A stretch of DNA of 64,000 nt from Octopus bimaculoides (GCF_001194135.2 NC_068981.1:123908121-123972120), one strand, 5' to 3'; positions 38,115 to 51,054 are shown, counted from the stretch's first letter. Notes: generated from the sequence alone by a model not told the origin. A program made the numbers and translations.

Positions 38115-38310
38115 ATTACAAGGCAAGAATCTTCAGAGGTGAGGGTTAGTCCATTACATCGAACCCAATACTCTACTGGTACTTATTTCATCGAACCCAA
38201 AATGATGGAAGGCAAACTCAACCTCAGCGGAATTTGAAATCAGAACGTAAAGACGACGAAATGCCTCTAAGCATTTTGCCTGGCGTGCTAAAGATTCTGC
38301 CAGCTCATAC
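38115..38310 (-). mobile_element. SINE family 1
   Basis: attacatcgaaccc..ctggtacttatttcatcg..gcggaatttgaaatcagaacgtaaagacg..gattctgccagctc. Confidence 0.8.
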
Positions 38311-38680
38311 TTGTCTCATACTTAAATATTACCCGCTCTACCGGTTGCTTCATTTTGTGGGGCACTCACAAGTAAAGTCTTTAAGCAGAACCAGTTCGAA
38401 ATGAATAGTTTGAAAGTTACATCAATCACATCGCTTATTTTGATGGAACGTTGGTTAAGATATATGAAGGATGCAGTTGTAAGAACTGATAAATAAGCTG
38501 TTGATTATGCAGAATCGTTTACATATAACTTCTATACATTATGATCCATTGTATTGCAGTCAATGGTAAACAATTTTTTTCTCTTTTCAACTATTATCTA
38601 TAGATCAATATCACTTTAATCCCTTTTCTGTGTATATCTCTAAATTGTACATTATACATATATATATATATATATATACG

Positions 38681-38718
<38 letters not shown>

Positions 38719-39349
38719 TAAACACTGATTTAATCTCCAAACCGTTGGATCGAAAGTGTTCTATACTGTTTTTTCTTCATATATTACATGCAATTCAATA
38801 CAATCTTTAATCCTTTTTCTATGTATAACATAGTTTTAAATACTTTGTTATATATATATATATACATATAAACACATGTATATACATATATATGTGTGTG
38901 TGTGTGTACATTGTATACTTGATGTAGATTGTATCTTGAAACCGTTGGTTTGTAAGGCACTTAATTTTGTTCATTTATAACAAACAGAAGAGTAAGGAAT
39001 AGGGTGTTTATGCAGCATTGAAAGATAAAGTAAACCAAAAATAATAAACATTGACCGTTACTTTACAGGTAACTGTAACATTGTTCGTTATACCGATTCT
39101 AACCTGTTATACAACTTACTGATTTATAAATAAGTCGATAACCAATACAACCTTCGAAAGGGCCAGGACTACTAATTCACCATGCTTAGTATATAACACT
39201 TAAAAGAGAACCTGTTTCCATGGCGATAATTTCTATCAATATAGTAATAATATATTACATGTGTGAGTTTAGTGACTCTGCGTTGGTGTGATGCGGGTTT
39301 ATGTTTGGCATTACAATGTTCATGTTATATGTGTGTGTGTGTATGTATG

Positions 39350-39404
<55 letters not shown>

Positions 39405-41081
39405 TCTGTGTATCATATTATATGTCTTACAGGAGTGCCTATGCTTTCGTTGTCTACGTGTCTGTGAATATTTGCGTTTGTGTGTATACGTCACCAAAGA
39501 TAAAAAGTATACGTGCATTAAGCTCAGTAGACTAAAATATAAAACAACTAAATAAAGATAGCCGTGTGCAACAAATACAATGAAATATATCAAAGTAAAA
39601 CGAAATATATCAAAGAATATAAAATTACAGACCAATATATGTAGGCAATAATCAAAACAGAGAACAAAACCATTACTTTGACGTTATTCTTTGATTCAGA
39701 CGTTGAGACTTACGCGAGGTGGCAACTAACTGACTAATAATAGTCATGCTATGAAATGCGTGCAAATATTCTGAATTGAAGTTATGCTAAGATTTCCTTC
39801 TTTCTCTATCCCACAATTATGTACAACATGTACGTGTTATTGTTTACAACATATTTTCACGTAAAAGGCGTGTGTAGGTGAAGAAATGTATGGAAACAAA
39901 AAGTAACAAAAGATAAAAGCTACAACTAAGTATCTTTTATTTGAAAATTTTGTTGTTTATTAATCAGGTATGCATGTGGTTTACCTCACAAAATTAGTCT
40001 GTATATCATAACAATATTTATTCGATTCCTTAGAGGAGAAGGTATAGTGGGACTCTTACTCTCTAGTACAAACAACCCAATGCAAATCTGATAGGTCTAC
40101 GTTTTGTTATATAACTCAATACCACATAGACTATTCTCATAAGCATAGAAGATACATCATGTATATTTGAAGCTATGTCTTATAAAGCTTATAGTCAGCT
40201 TAATAATAAGTCAAAGCAAAAACAGCTTCTGATAACATTTGATATCAAATCGTCTAACGTACTTCCATTTGTCATGAAATTATTCTCGACATAAAGATGT
40301 CTGTAATGGGTATGGGCAGCACTTTTTTTTTTTGGCATTGTTTTTGTATTTTTTTACGAAATGTCTCCCGTTCTCGTGCTATACTTCACTCGAAGTGTAT
40401 CTCAAATGCAATAAATCTGATCTGTAGCTGTTAATAGCACTTATTCTCCTTTCAATTCTGATCTCGCGAAATTTTCATTTATTTTATATATGTTGTCGGT
40501 CTTGTCCAGTCAGGAATAGTGGAACGGAAATAAATTTTCCCCTAGGTGTAACAAGTATTTATTAATGTAGTAGACTCACTGTAGATTATTGACTTTCTAT
40601 CAACCACAATGGTAGAATCTGTATTGTTTTGTTGTTGTTTTATTTTTTTTAGCTATCTTATCTGAGAGTGACAAAGATGATGAAAACGTTATGCCAATTA
40701 TCGATTCAAGATTCTTTTAGAAGTTCTTTTTCTCTGATTCTCCAGTGATAATTTACTTTCCAATCTCTAAATTGTATTCTGCAACTCTCAGGTGTATTGC
40801 AGTGTCTTTACAACTCTATAATCCATTGTCTTAATCGATTTTCTCAAATAGCTTTATCCATTCTTTTAGTTTAACTGAAACATTATATTCTGAAAGCTCT
40901 TTTTTTGTTGTTTTTCTCTTTCATACAGTTGCAAACCCGTAAGCCAAGTTTCAACCATTGCTATCGCATGACAATGTGATATTTTGAAAACTTTTTTCTT
41001 TTGATACTCAAGAGATTATTTCTTGTGTATTAAAATAAGATTTATTACACATAAATATAAACAATTGCACATTCCTCTCTA

Positions 41082-41126
<45 letters not shown>

Positions 41127-41239
41127 NNNNNNNNNNNNNNNNNNNNNNNNNNNNNNNNNNNNNNNNNNNNNNNNNNNNNNNNNNNNNNNNNNNNNNNNNN
41201 NNNNNNNNNNNNNNNNNNTCTCTCCCTCTCCCTCTCTCT

Positions 41240-41271
<32 letters not shown>

Positions 41272-43140
41272 CTATTTATCTATTTTTCTTTCTTTCACTT
41301 TCTCTTTCAATCTCTCTGTCTATGGTCAATTCCAGATATCATCATTTAGTTTCTTTTCTGTGAATAACAGCAAATGTGAAAGAGATAATTCTAAAATATC
41401 CAATCATTTTCTTGTTTATTCCATTATCTTTCACTTGTAATTGTCTTCAGTGGCAATCTTATATATAATTATGCAAATACAAATATATTTATATAAGTTA
41501 CCAAAACAGTAAACAACCTATTTGCTCAATCTAAAATAACACTAAAATTTTAAAAGTTCCAATTTTAGTACATTTTGACAAAATGTTGTTTTCATCATTT
41601 TGAAAACCATCTTTACTCAAAAGCACAAAATATTCTGTACAGCTTTCAGTCACTGCCGCCATCACCTCATCTCAATCTTTAAACATAGATTCGCTTCTTT
41701 GTCACGCCCGCCTACCAGTTTAGCAAGCATGATTCTAAAGACTTAAAGGCCATATTGTTCACATGTATGTATATAAATGCACGTATATATGCATATACAT
41801 GTGTGTGTGCGTATGAATGTGTGTGTGTGTGTATGCATGTGTGTGTGTGCGTATGCATATGTGTGTGTGCGCGCGTGTGTACACATATATATGTTCATTA
41901 AGTACGTATACATTATGCATATATGTTATATGCGTGTGAAGCGTGAGTGTATGCATGCAAAGAGAAAAATCCAAATACTTTCACTTCTCGCTATTTTATA
42001 ACTTTCAATTTATCTTACGAATACATATAAAAGTTATAAAATGTTTTAAAATTATTTGATTATTTATGTATTTCGATATTTCTTGCAAATACTTAAAACT
42101 TATTTCACTAATATTTTCGATTCTTTTCATATTTTACTATTTTATAAGTTTTCATATTTCTTTTTTTGCATAGATAGTATGGTGATGTCAATCCTACACT
42201 TTCAAAAAGAATAAATAAATAATATATGCAAGATGTAATATATATAAATTACAAGTAAACCTTCTGAAGTGGTGGGCGGCGTTTCCCCTAGTAGCATACA
42301 TCAGGTCTATCAGATACAAAAGAATCAAACGTCCTTCGGAAGTTAACCACTTATACACTTATGACATATTTACATAGAATTTGTGAAACTTGAGATGCAT
42401 ATTATATAGTGTGTATGAGTGTGTTGATTTCATTATGATTAATGATAAAATACATATATTTTAGCGTTGAGGAAATAAAAGTTGGTGATATTCTTCATAC
42501 TTTTATCAAGATTTGCAAAGCAATTAAAACAAAATTGCTTCATCCAATGACTGAGCTGCGTCTTTATCAAACTGAAGAAAAACAACTCTTTTTACTCTGT
42601 CAATATACAGGGTATCCACAAGAACACTCCCAGCTGCGTTGTTGTGGCGTGCCGGTCATCTTGGATTTCCTTGCGTTTGCGGCAAAGATGGTAAGTCACC
42701 TGAGAACAAAAGAAAATATTATTTGTTAGGGAATCTGTGGACACCATATTTATCATATTTGAATTACTTTAGATATCATAGCGTCATGAAATCAGAGAGT
42801 GTTTTTGTGGACAGTCTGTAGATTGAACATTCGTACTGATTTCATAAGCTCTAACTCGATGTTTAAAAGAGCGTAGTATAGATAGTTAAATCTTCTGTCT
42901 ACTGCTGCTATATATTTTATTCATCGCAATAGAATTTAAAATCAGAACAAATTGGAATGAAGCTTAAATAAATACTTTAAGATTTTAACACTATATATCT
43001 ATAAGAAATTCTACCACAGGACGAATACCGCAATTTATCAGTCTTTCAATGTTGTATCTTCTTTGTGTAACTAAATTTTATTGAGCTTGCCGACTAATTG
43101 CGACATCAGTGATTTGTCAGGCACTATTTTCTCTCTTTAC

Positions 43141-43438
43141 TTTTTCGCCCTTTTAAAGCCTAGCCAGGCTCATGGGCCCGGTTTCCCGGTTTCTATGGCG
43201 TATGTGTTCCCCACAGCTGGACGGGACGCCAGTCCATCGCAGCGTTAGTCAAGAAACAGGAAGAAAGAGTGAGAGAAAGCTGGGGCGAAAGAGTACAACA
43301 GGGGTCGCCACCACCCCCTGCCGGAGCCTCGTGGAGCTTTTGGTGTGTTCGCTTCATAAACACACACAACGCCCTGTCTGGGAATCGAAACTGCGATCCT
43401 CCGACCGCGAGTCCGCTGCCATTGAGCCTCCACCAGGC
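43141..43438 (-). mobile_element. SINE family 4 (tRNA head, V-domain-like segment)
   Basis: The reverse complement has gcagcggactcgcggtcggaggatcgcagtttcgattccc (tRNA-like, B box) and gctgcgatggactggcgtcccgtccag, which resembles the V-SINE core as I recall it. Confidence 0.75.
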
Positions 43439-43595
43439 ACTATTTTACCATATTAATAATGGCTGATTTTGTCTTAGCATGTGGCTGTTATTTGATACTT
43501 GATACTGACGAAGCTCAATATGGAAAAAATACGTATTTAACAGTGCCACCACCACTGCTGGACTATTTTCGTTTGCGACTGGTATATTCTTTTGT

Positions 43596-43998
43596 TCTTT
43601 TATTTGTTTCAGTTATTTAACTGCGGCCATGCTGGAGTACCACCTAGAAGGGTTTTGGTCGAACAAATCGACTCCAGGACTTATTTTTTAAACCTAGTAC
43701 TTATTCTATCGGTCTATTTTGCCGAATCGCTAGATTACGGGATGAAAACACACCAATACCGGTTACCAAGTGGTGATGGGGGACAAACACACACAAAAAG
43801 ACACACACACATAGATATACACATATACATATATACGACGGGGTTCTTTCAGTTTCCGTCTCCCAAATTCACTCACAAACCTTTGGTCAGCCCGTGGCTA
43901 TAGTAGAAGACACTTGCTCAAGATGGCACGCCGTGAGACAGGACCCGGAACCATGTGGTTGGGAAACAAGCTTCTTACCACTCAGCCACGCCTGCGCC
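43596..43998 (-). mobile_element. SINE family 2, full length with internal (TA/TG) microsatellite
   Basis: Reverse complement ggcgcaggcgtggctgagtggtaagaagcttg..ggttccggg..cttgagcaagtgtcttctactatagcc..ctccagcatggccgcagtt..gaaacaaataaaag. Confidence 0.85.
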
Positions 43999-44463
43999 TA
44001 TACATCTGTTTTTTTTAAACTCTAGACGTCTATAAGAAATGAACATCACAGTTTCAGGTTTCGTTTCAGTTTATTTGAGGCAAACACTGTGGAGTTAGAA
44101 ATCAGACGCTAGAGTGATAAAATTTAGCGTTTTGACTGGAACAAACCAGTTCATTTTTGTTACTTATTATAAGGGAAAAATAATGAACGTTACGTCGAAA
44201 TTTTTTTAGCTTAATCACTGGTGGTGTACTAAATCAGAACATACTCTATTCCATCTGCTTATTCTAAATTGAACAAACGGGTGTCGTTCAAAGATGAGCT
44301 TCTGCCAATGCGTTTTCAATTCCCAAGAGAAGCGATTTCATAGTTTTACTACCATCATGAAAGCACGAAAGCTATACACATTCTAGTTGACTTTTCCCAA
44401 ACTATAATTACGTCAATTCGAATCGCAGTGATCTATAATATATCTCCTACTGGTGTTGCTGTT

Positions 44464-44511
44464 GATGATGATGATGATGATGAGGAGGAGGAGGAGGAGG
44501 AGGAGGAGGAG

Positions 44512-44556
<45 letters not shown>
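44464..44556 (+). repeat. Compound microsatellite (GAT)6(GAG)10(GAC)14
   Basis: Direct counting. Confidence 0.95.
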
Positions 44557-44971
44557 TAGGAGAATTTCCACCCTCATTAGTATTCATGTTGCGTTGATTC
44601 GTGATGGTGGTGATGGTGGTGGTGTCAGTGTTCATCGATTTGTTGCATATTTACTTTGAAATTTTCTTCAGCGAAGCATATTTGCACAGATGCAAAACTT
44701 TCGAAAGCAGCTGACACATACAGACACGTTATTCACACGACCTTTCTTCATCTTGTTGATAGCAATATGAAATTTGTATGCTCGAGAAGCTAAAATGAGA
44801 AATATCTATAAACCTCTCAAATAGGAGATATATCCGAAAAAGAAAACACCCTCTTGATCATCTAATACAAATTCAATAACAAACGTTCCGACTTTCGTCA
44901 GATTCAATCCGCAGAAGCAAGTTAACAGTTTATCGAATTCTTGAGCCACGCGTTAATTCTATCTAGAATGT

Positions 44972-45019
44972 GATGATGATGATGATGATGAGGAGGAGGA
45001 GGAGGAGGAGGAGGAGGAG
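44972..45019 (+). repeat. Compound microsatellite (GAT)6(GAG)10
   Basis: Direct counting. Confidence 0.95.
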
Positions 45020-45139
45020 GGGTGGAGGATAAATACGCTGATGCAATGCCAGACATGTTCTGGTGCAATACCAAGAAGTGGCTCTCACGGCTTTTAAACT
45101 TAACCGTTTCGAAATTTTAAGATGGCCATGTAAAACACT

Positions 45140-45189
45140 GGGGTCGGTGTAATCTACTAGTCTCCCTCACTGTGCCTTTAGTAGAAAGG

Positions 45190-45230
<41 letters not shown>

Positions 45231-45240
45231 CATTATTATT

Positions 45241-45305
<65 letters not shown>

Positions 45306-45360
45306 TATCATCATCATCATCATTATTAAGGCGGTGAGCTGGCAGAATCATTAGCACAAT
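45140..45360 (+). mobile_element. SINE-1 tail, (ATT)n(ATC)n array, then SINE-1 head
   Basis: actggggtcggtgtaatc..tgtgcctttagtagaaagg-(ATT)n(ATC)n-aaggcggtgagctggcagaatc. Confidence 0.75.
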
Positions 45361-45774
45361 CTTGGAGTAAAAGATGCGCTACAGCAAATATTCTGCTCAA
45401 TAGCTCAGATTTCCTTGTCAGTTGCTTGACCATGACCGGTTGAGCGTGTCTTACAGTGGCTAACGATATGTGCATCTCTGACCACGAGCAGGACTTGCGG
45501 GAAAGCATCATAGTGATGTATTTACTGGAATTTTGTGGGTTTGAATAATTCACCTCTGGAAACGTAGGTGTTTTGTCCATCATCCCTAAACAATTTTATT
45601 CAGGAGGTGGGAGCTATCCGATCTCAAGAAAATTTGAACTGGGTCCCACTTGCAAGGTCATGCGCTGCTTATATTGATATGGAGTCACCAAGTCGCGCAC
45701 ATATAGTTGTGATGCATGTGCTCTTATCAGACGGGTAGTCATGCTGGGTATATTGGGCTTCACATATTTGTATT

Positions 45775-45875
45775 AAAGTCGACCTCGGCGGAATTTGGAC
45801 TCAGAAAGTAGCGACGGGCGAAAAACCGCTAAGCATGCCGTCCACCATGCTAACAATTCTGCCAGCTCGCCGCCT
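45775..45875 (-). mobile_element. SINE family 1, 5' half
   Basis: aagtcgacctcggcggaatttggactcag..aattctgccagctcgccgcc. Confidence 0.8.
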
Positions 45876-45988
45876 TAATAATGATAATAATAATAATAAT
45901 AATAATTTTAAAAGAATTGATGTAACTCTTCACAAAAGTCAACAGTCAAGACGAAAAGCCCGATTCGATTGTAATAGATATTTTATTG

Positions 45989-46033
45989 TTTGAACGATAT
46001 TTCGACAGTGAGTCTGTCTTTGTCAAGTTCAAA
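45989..46033 (-). ncRNA. Minimal hammerhead ribozyme fold with two core lesions
   Basis: tttgaac-TTGACAA-a-gacag actca ctgtc-GAAA-ta-TC/gttcaaa. Stem I is a perfect 7 bp, stem II a perfect 5 bp, and stem III is the palindrome ATAT. CTGACGA has decayed to TTGACAA. Confidence 0.65.
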
Positions 46034-46200
46034 ATAAGAGGTGATAAAAACTCAAAATTATAGAAATTTAAATTCAAAGTATAAACGAGAACAACCAGCG
46101 TCCACACGTTGATGGAATGATATCATCGGTCTTTAAGTTTCAATTTTATAACAGGTGAAAAGAAAAAGAAAGAAAAAATGGAGAAAAAGACAGAAACAAC

Positions 46201-46255
<55 letters not shown>

Positions 46256-46258
<3 letters not shown>

Positions 46259-46690
46259 GATAAGGTACTAGAGCATAGCACACCGAATCTAGTGGCGGTA
46301 GACAAGGTGCACCACATATGCTATTTAATTGATGTTGGATGCCCCTTTGACCCACGAATAGCCAAGAAGGAAAGTGAAAAGATAGATAAATACAACCCTC
46401 TTAAGTACGAAATAGCCCGGCTATGGAAAATGAAGAATGTGAAGATAGTGCCAAACATTGTTGGCTCCTTGGAAACAGTATCAGAAGGTATCAAGAGGAA
46501 TATAAAAGAAATTGGAATAGAGTGCCCCGTAGAACAGTTACAAAAGGGTTGTCTCCTTGGCACGGCTAGAATAATCAGGAAAGTATTAGATAGCTGAAAA
46601 GAGCAAATGGCATGGTACCGTAGGCTGCAGGTAGTAAACTTGTTACGCATGCAAGACTCCAGAAGCTCCAACAAAACCTGTGATAAAGTG
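46256..46690 (+). mobile_element. 5'-truncated Dong/R4-type RLE LINE 3' end (family B) in (TAA)n
   Basis: TDKVLEHSTPNLVAVDK..CYLIDVGCPFD..KESEKIDKYNPLKYEIARLW..LQKGCLLGTARIIRKVL*, then a 90-bp 3' UTR; (AAT)n on both sides (46199-46255 and 46691-46700). Confidence 0.9.
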
Positions 46691-46711
46691 ATAATAATAA
46701 TTATTATTATT

Positions 46712-46997
46712 ATAATTCATTCGTTTATTGGCCACAAGCGCTTACATAAAATTACATTAAGAGGCCTACAACAACATAAACGACCAAAACAGGACGATAC
46801 AATGGGTTTTACAGCGTGTAAACAGTATACATAACGATTAAAAATTTTAAAATTTTAAACTCCCAATAGGGAAGGCGCATTAAGAACTTCGTGAAAAAAC
46901 CCACAAAAGTCACGGTTGCCTGAACAACAGGGCAAGAACCCTTCTTTTGTTTACAGGTGCACGCTCAGAATTGGTCCTTTCACACTGGCCATTCTTC
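46712..46997 (-). mobile_element. Probable L1/Tx1-type LINE 3' end
   Basis: Minus strand RMASVKGPILSVHL*, then a T-rich UTR ending cttgtggccaataaacgaat, similar to SINE tail A and to the insert at 59905-59973. Confidence 0.5.
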
Positions 46998-47143
<146 letters not shown>

Positions 47144-47174
47144 TTTGTGATTTACACACTTGGTCAACAATGTA

Positions 47175-47325
47175 GAAAGGAGGGGTGAGTCGATTCCGCC
47201 GACTCCAGTACTTAACTGATACTCTATTTTATCGACCCCAAATGTATTAAAGGCAAAGTTGACACCAGCGGGAATTGAGCTTTACCTTTCATCCTTTCGA
47301 GATCGATAAAATAGCAGGGAGTTGA
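47175..47325. mobile_element. Self-inverted SINE family 1 fragment
   Basis: A minus-strand core (47175-47278) switches to a plus-strand core (47280-47314). Confidence 0.7.
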
Positions 47326-48027
47326 CTTCGAATCAACGGGCAAAAAAATTAAATGAAAAAAGCACAAAATAATGAAACAAGAAAGGATCTTCGAAATGAT
47401 GAAGAACCACATGCTTTGATTTAAGATGTCACACACAAAACACGGATATTCTTGACACATCAAAAAGAAATACCATCTCGCAGATCTTGCTGCCAGTGTA
47501 AAGCCGCCTGATTTCGATTGTACGTGGTTCTGATTAATTGTGTTTAATGATGCTGGAGGGGTTTTTTTATGGTAGAAGCTATTTCTGGTGTGTTACTGGG
47601 ATTGCTAATCAAACTGAAGAAAACCAATGCTATTTAAAAGTAACTCATCTATGCACATTAACAAATCGAACGGCAACAAAACAACATCCACCCACACCAG
47701 AATATCTGATGAATGATGTAGCCTGATTCTAATGCAAGTTCGTGCGAAAGTAACGTAACACGTTGTTCAAAAGTGAGATCTCTCAAATGGTTAACAAAGG
47801 ACAGAAAGACCTCTCTCGGGTGGACGAACTAGAATAATGCAGTAATCAAGAAGTGAAAACATATGATTCGAAACACACTAGCTTATGAACGAAAATTCAT
47901 ATAAACAAGGTTAAAAATTCAAAAATAGTACAATTCGTGGAAAGCATAATCACTGAAAATAAAATGCAACGGATTACATACAAAAGAGATAATCTACCGT
48001 AATCTACTCAGTGTCATAATTCATCTA

Positions 48028-48487
48028 AGGCGGCGAGCAGGCACAATCGTTAGCACGTTGGACGAAATGTTTAGCGGTATTTCTTCCGTCTTACGTTCTG
48101 AGTTCAAATTCCGCCGAGGTCGACTTTCATTCATTCGTGGTCGATAAAATAGGTATTAATTGAACACTCTGGATCGATGTAATCGATTTAGCCCTCCATC
48201 GAAATTGCTGGCCTTGAGCCAAAATTTGAAATCCATATTATACCTCATCCCTGAAGGCGATGAGCTGGCAGAATCGTCATCACACCGAGCAGAATCGTTA
48301 TCACGCCGGACAAAATGCTTATCGGTATTTCGTCCGTCTTCGCGTTATGAGTTCAAACTCTGACGAGTTCGGCGTTGCCTTTCATCCTTTTGTAGTCGAT
48401 AAAACAAGTTTCAGTTGAATACTGGAGTCGATTAACTTTCTTACCCCCTTCCCTAAAATTGCTGCCCTGTGCCAAAATTTGAAACCT
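48028..48487 (+). mobile_element. Head-to-tail pair of SINE family 1 copies (both tail C)
   Basis: 48028-48232 and 48255-48487; the second has a short duplication of gcagaatcgt..atcac.ccg in its head. Confidence 0.85.
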
Positions 48488-48879
48488 ATATGATAATACA
48501 ACCCACATATCAATTGATATAACTTACATTTACTTACAATTACTGTTCAATAATATATAACACAACTTAATACAGTCCACACCATACATTCTCTATCCAA
48601 TAGCAAGCAGACATTAAAATCACATCTCACACCTCACGTACATACGAAATACGATTGCCAACACCATAAAAATCACAACTGGTATTTCACATATTCTAAC
48701 AAATCTATATGGTATTACCAGAAACAGACAAAGAAAAAGGAAAGAAACCCTACAACAAAGCAAAATGAGTATTGTAGAGAACTATTTCTTGAATTGTACA
48801 GCCAAAAGATGTTAATGCCGCCCACACCGGAGAAGACGAAAGTGGACCCGATAGAGTAATATAAATTCATATCGGGAAA

Positions 48880-49028
48880 ATAACAGTAGCAGCAGAGGCA
48901 ACAGCAATACCAGCACCATCATCATTATCATCACCATCATCATTATCATCACCATCAACAGCAGCAGCAGCAACAGCAGCAACAGTAGCAACAGCAGCGT
49001 TAGTAGTAGTAGTAGTAGTAGTAGTAGT
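48880..49028 (+). repeat. Compound (GCA)/(ATC)/(AGT) microsatellite
   Basis: Direct reading. Confidence 0.9.
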
Positions 49029-50254
49029 AACAACTAACCCATACATCAATAGAACAAATTCAATATTTATGAAGTCAAATTACCGTCTCCTTAGCGAATA
49101 ACTTGTTTACTGCAAAAGGTGTTTACGACAGAGGACTGTTACTATCGTGCAGTATCAACAACTTGTATAATTGAAAGTCTAATGTATATTGACGTGCCGT
49201 TCATGTTTTCAAACCACAAGCATCATACCATTTCTCCTTAACACTTAGCACTGCCGCTATGTAGTACATAAGCTAAATTCCTTATCTATGCTGGTAGGCA
49301 AGAAAAAATATAAGTAATTTCATTGGTTGAAATACGAACACTTGACAGCAATCGCTACAAACGTGTGCTTGGGTGTATGTGTGTTTATGTTTTTATGTGT
49401 GCTTGTGAGTTGTTGTTGTTGTTGTTGGGCGGGGTTAGCAACTTTAGAAAACAGTTGGGACGAAGAATTGCAACGTACACTAATTCAGATGCCATCGATT
49501 TCCTACCTATTACTCAAATCTTAAACACTAATAGTTCTCACCCAAATAGAAAACCCAGTGAGAAACTTGTATGCATCAATAAGAAATCAATCACTTCCAT
49601 CCATCATCATTAGCATGCGCTTGTCAGCCATTTCTTCAGAATAACCACTTTTAAGAATCCTTTACTATTAATAGTGGTGCACTCACGCAGAATTGCTTGA
49701 AATACAATTAAATAGACAGCCACAACAGACATCCCCACCTCCGTTGATATAGAAAACGTTAAACCTTTTGGTTCATTCCACATTCAGGCTAAGTGTCTGT
49801 ACAAAATGTATGCCATAAATTTTAACACCAAATTTTGCCTGACAGGCAACATCAACATTATAAATCTGGAATTTTCCCATCTCTATCCCTCTAGACGGTT
49901 TTCGCCTAACAGATTCAAATCTATATTGTGATTAAGTTATTAATTATAAGTTACCTTACCACCACTCCCAATTCTACATTGCATTGTGGAAGAACTTTTC
50001 AAGGGATGAACTAACTTAGCATACACGATCATTTAAGAATATTAACAGAAATACAGAAGTCTATCAAAATAAATCTAGTCATAAAGAGACCAACACATCA
50101 CAAACTACAAAAGTAATTACAGAATTCGTTATTGCACTAGCTACTAATTGCTCAACAGCGAATGTACTTCCGAAATAGGCATATCCTAAACTGAAGATTG
50201 GAATTAATGGCTTCCTGTAAAATTTTGATTTTATCTTTTGTACATTAGTAAATA

Positions 50255-51050
50255 ATGAGAATTATTCTCTTATCTGCAAACAGATCGCTTCCTTCTTTGT
50301 TCAGACGTCCACTCAATCTTAGAACTCACGTCAACCATCTTAGACATTTCCGTTCTATTGACTCTCTTTATCTTCCAACCCTATCCCAAGTTAACCTCAT
50401 CGAACCCTACCCCCATGAAATCACCCATGCCCTCCTCATAAATTTTCCGAACTCTACCACTTCTTATTTCGAGACCAAGCCCTGTCAAATAGACCACTGC
50501 ATTCTGATTAACCCCAACTGGCCGTCGACACTGCTTTCTGTAACACATTTGCTAACAAAAGCATTTCTTTTTTGCCACACTACTAATCAACTTAATTTCT
50601 ACCTCTCAGATTCCACCTTCCCTTCCACCCTCTCCAGCAATCGTTCTGCAAAATTCCCGTTTCCTCCAATGCGACCTTCCAAATCTTTTATGAAACCCTA
50701 TCCCTTCCCTCAGATACTACTGCAACTTGTGTAGTTATCTGTTCACACTTCCTTCACTTTTTGCTGCATCAAATTTGGTCCTTTACTCACTTCCATTCCC
50801 GTAGTAACACTTCCACCATCACCCAGAACTTCACTGTCTTGAATGATCCTTGATTCTCTTTGAAACTTACTGGTCGTTTCCCTCACACTTACAAAAGTAT
50901 CATCCATTACATCAAATTCTGTGGCTTATTTTATATAAGGGAAACCGATCGGAGGCTAACCAATCATTTTAAAGAGCACTTATTAGACGTGCAACGAAAT
51001 AGCACTGGATTGCTCAAATCTTTCGCCCAGTACTTTAAGTTTGCAGAGGT
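50255..51050 (+). mobile_element. Decayed Penelope-like element (Neptune-like), RT C-terminus to GIY-YIG
   Basis: SIIHYIKFCGLFYIRETDRRLTNHFKEHLLDV..SFAQYF matches the GIY-YIG pattern YIGET.RRL..RF.EH; upstream LPFHP corresponds to the LTFHP thumb motif; many stops. Confidence 0.7.
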
Positions 51051-51054
51051 TACA

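Noticed and set aside
44455-44559. Acidic poly-D/E coding tract
   Set aside because: All GAN triplets encode D or E, so the pattern follows from microsatellite mutation; there is no start or splice context.
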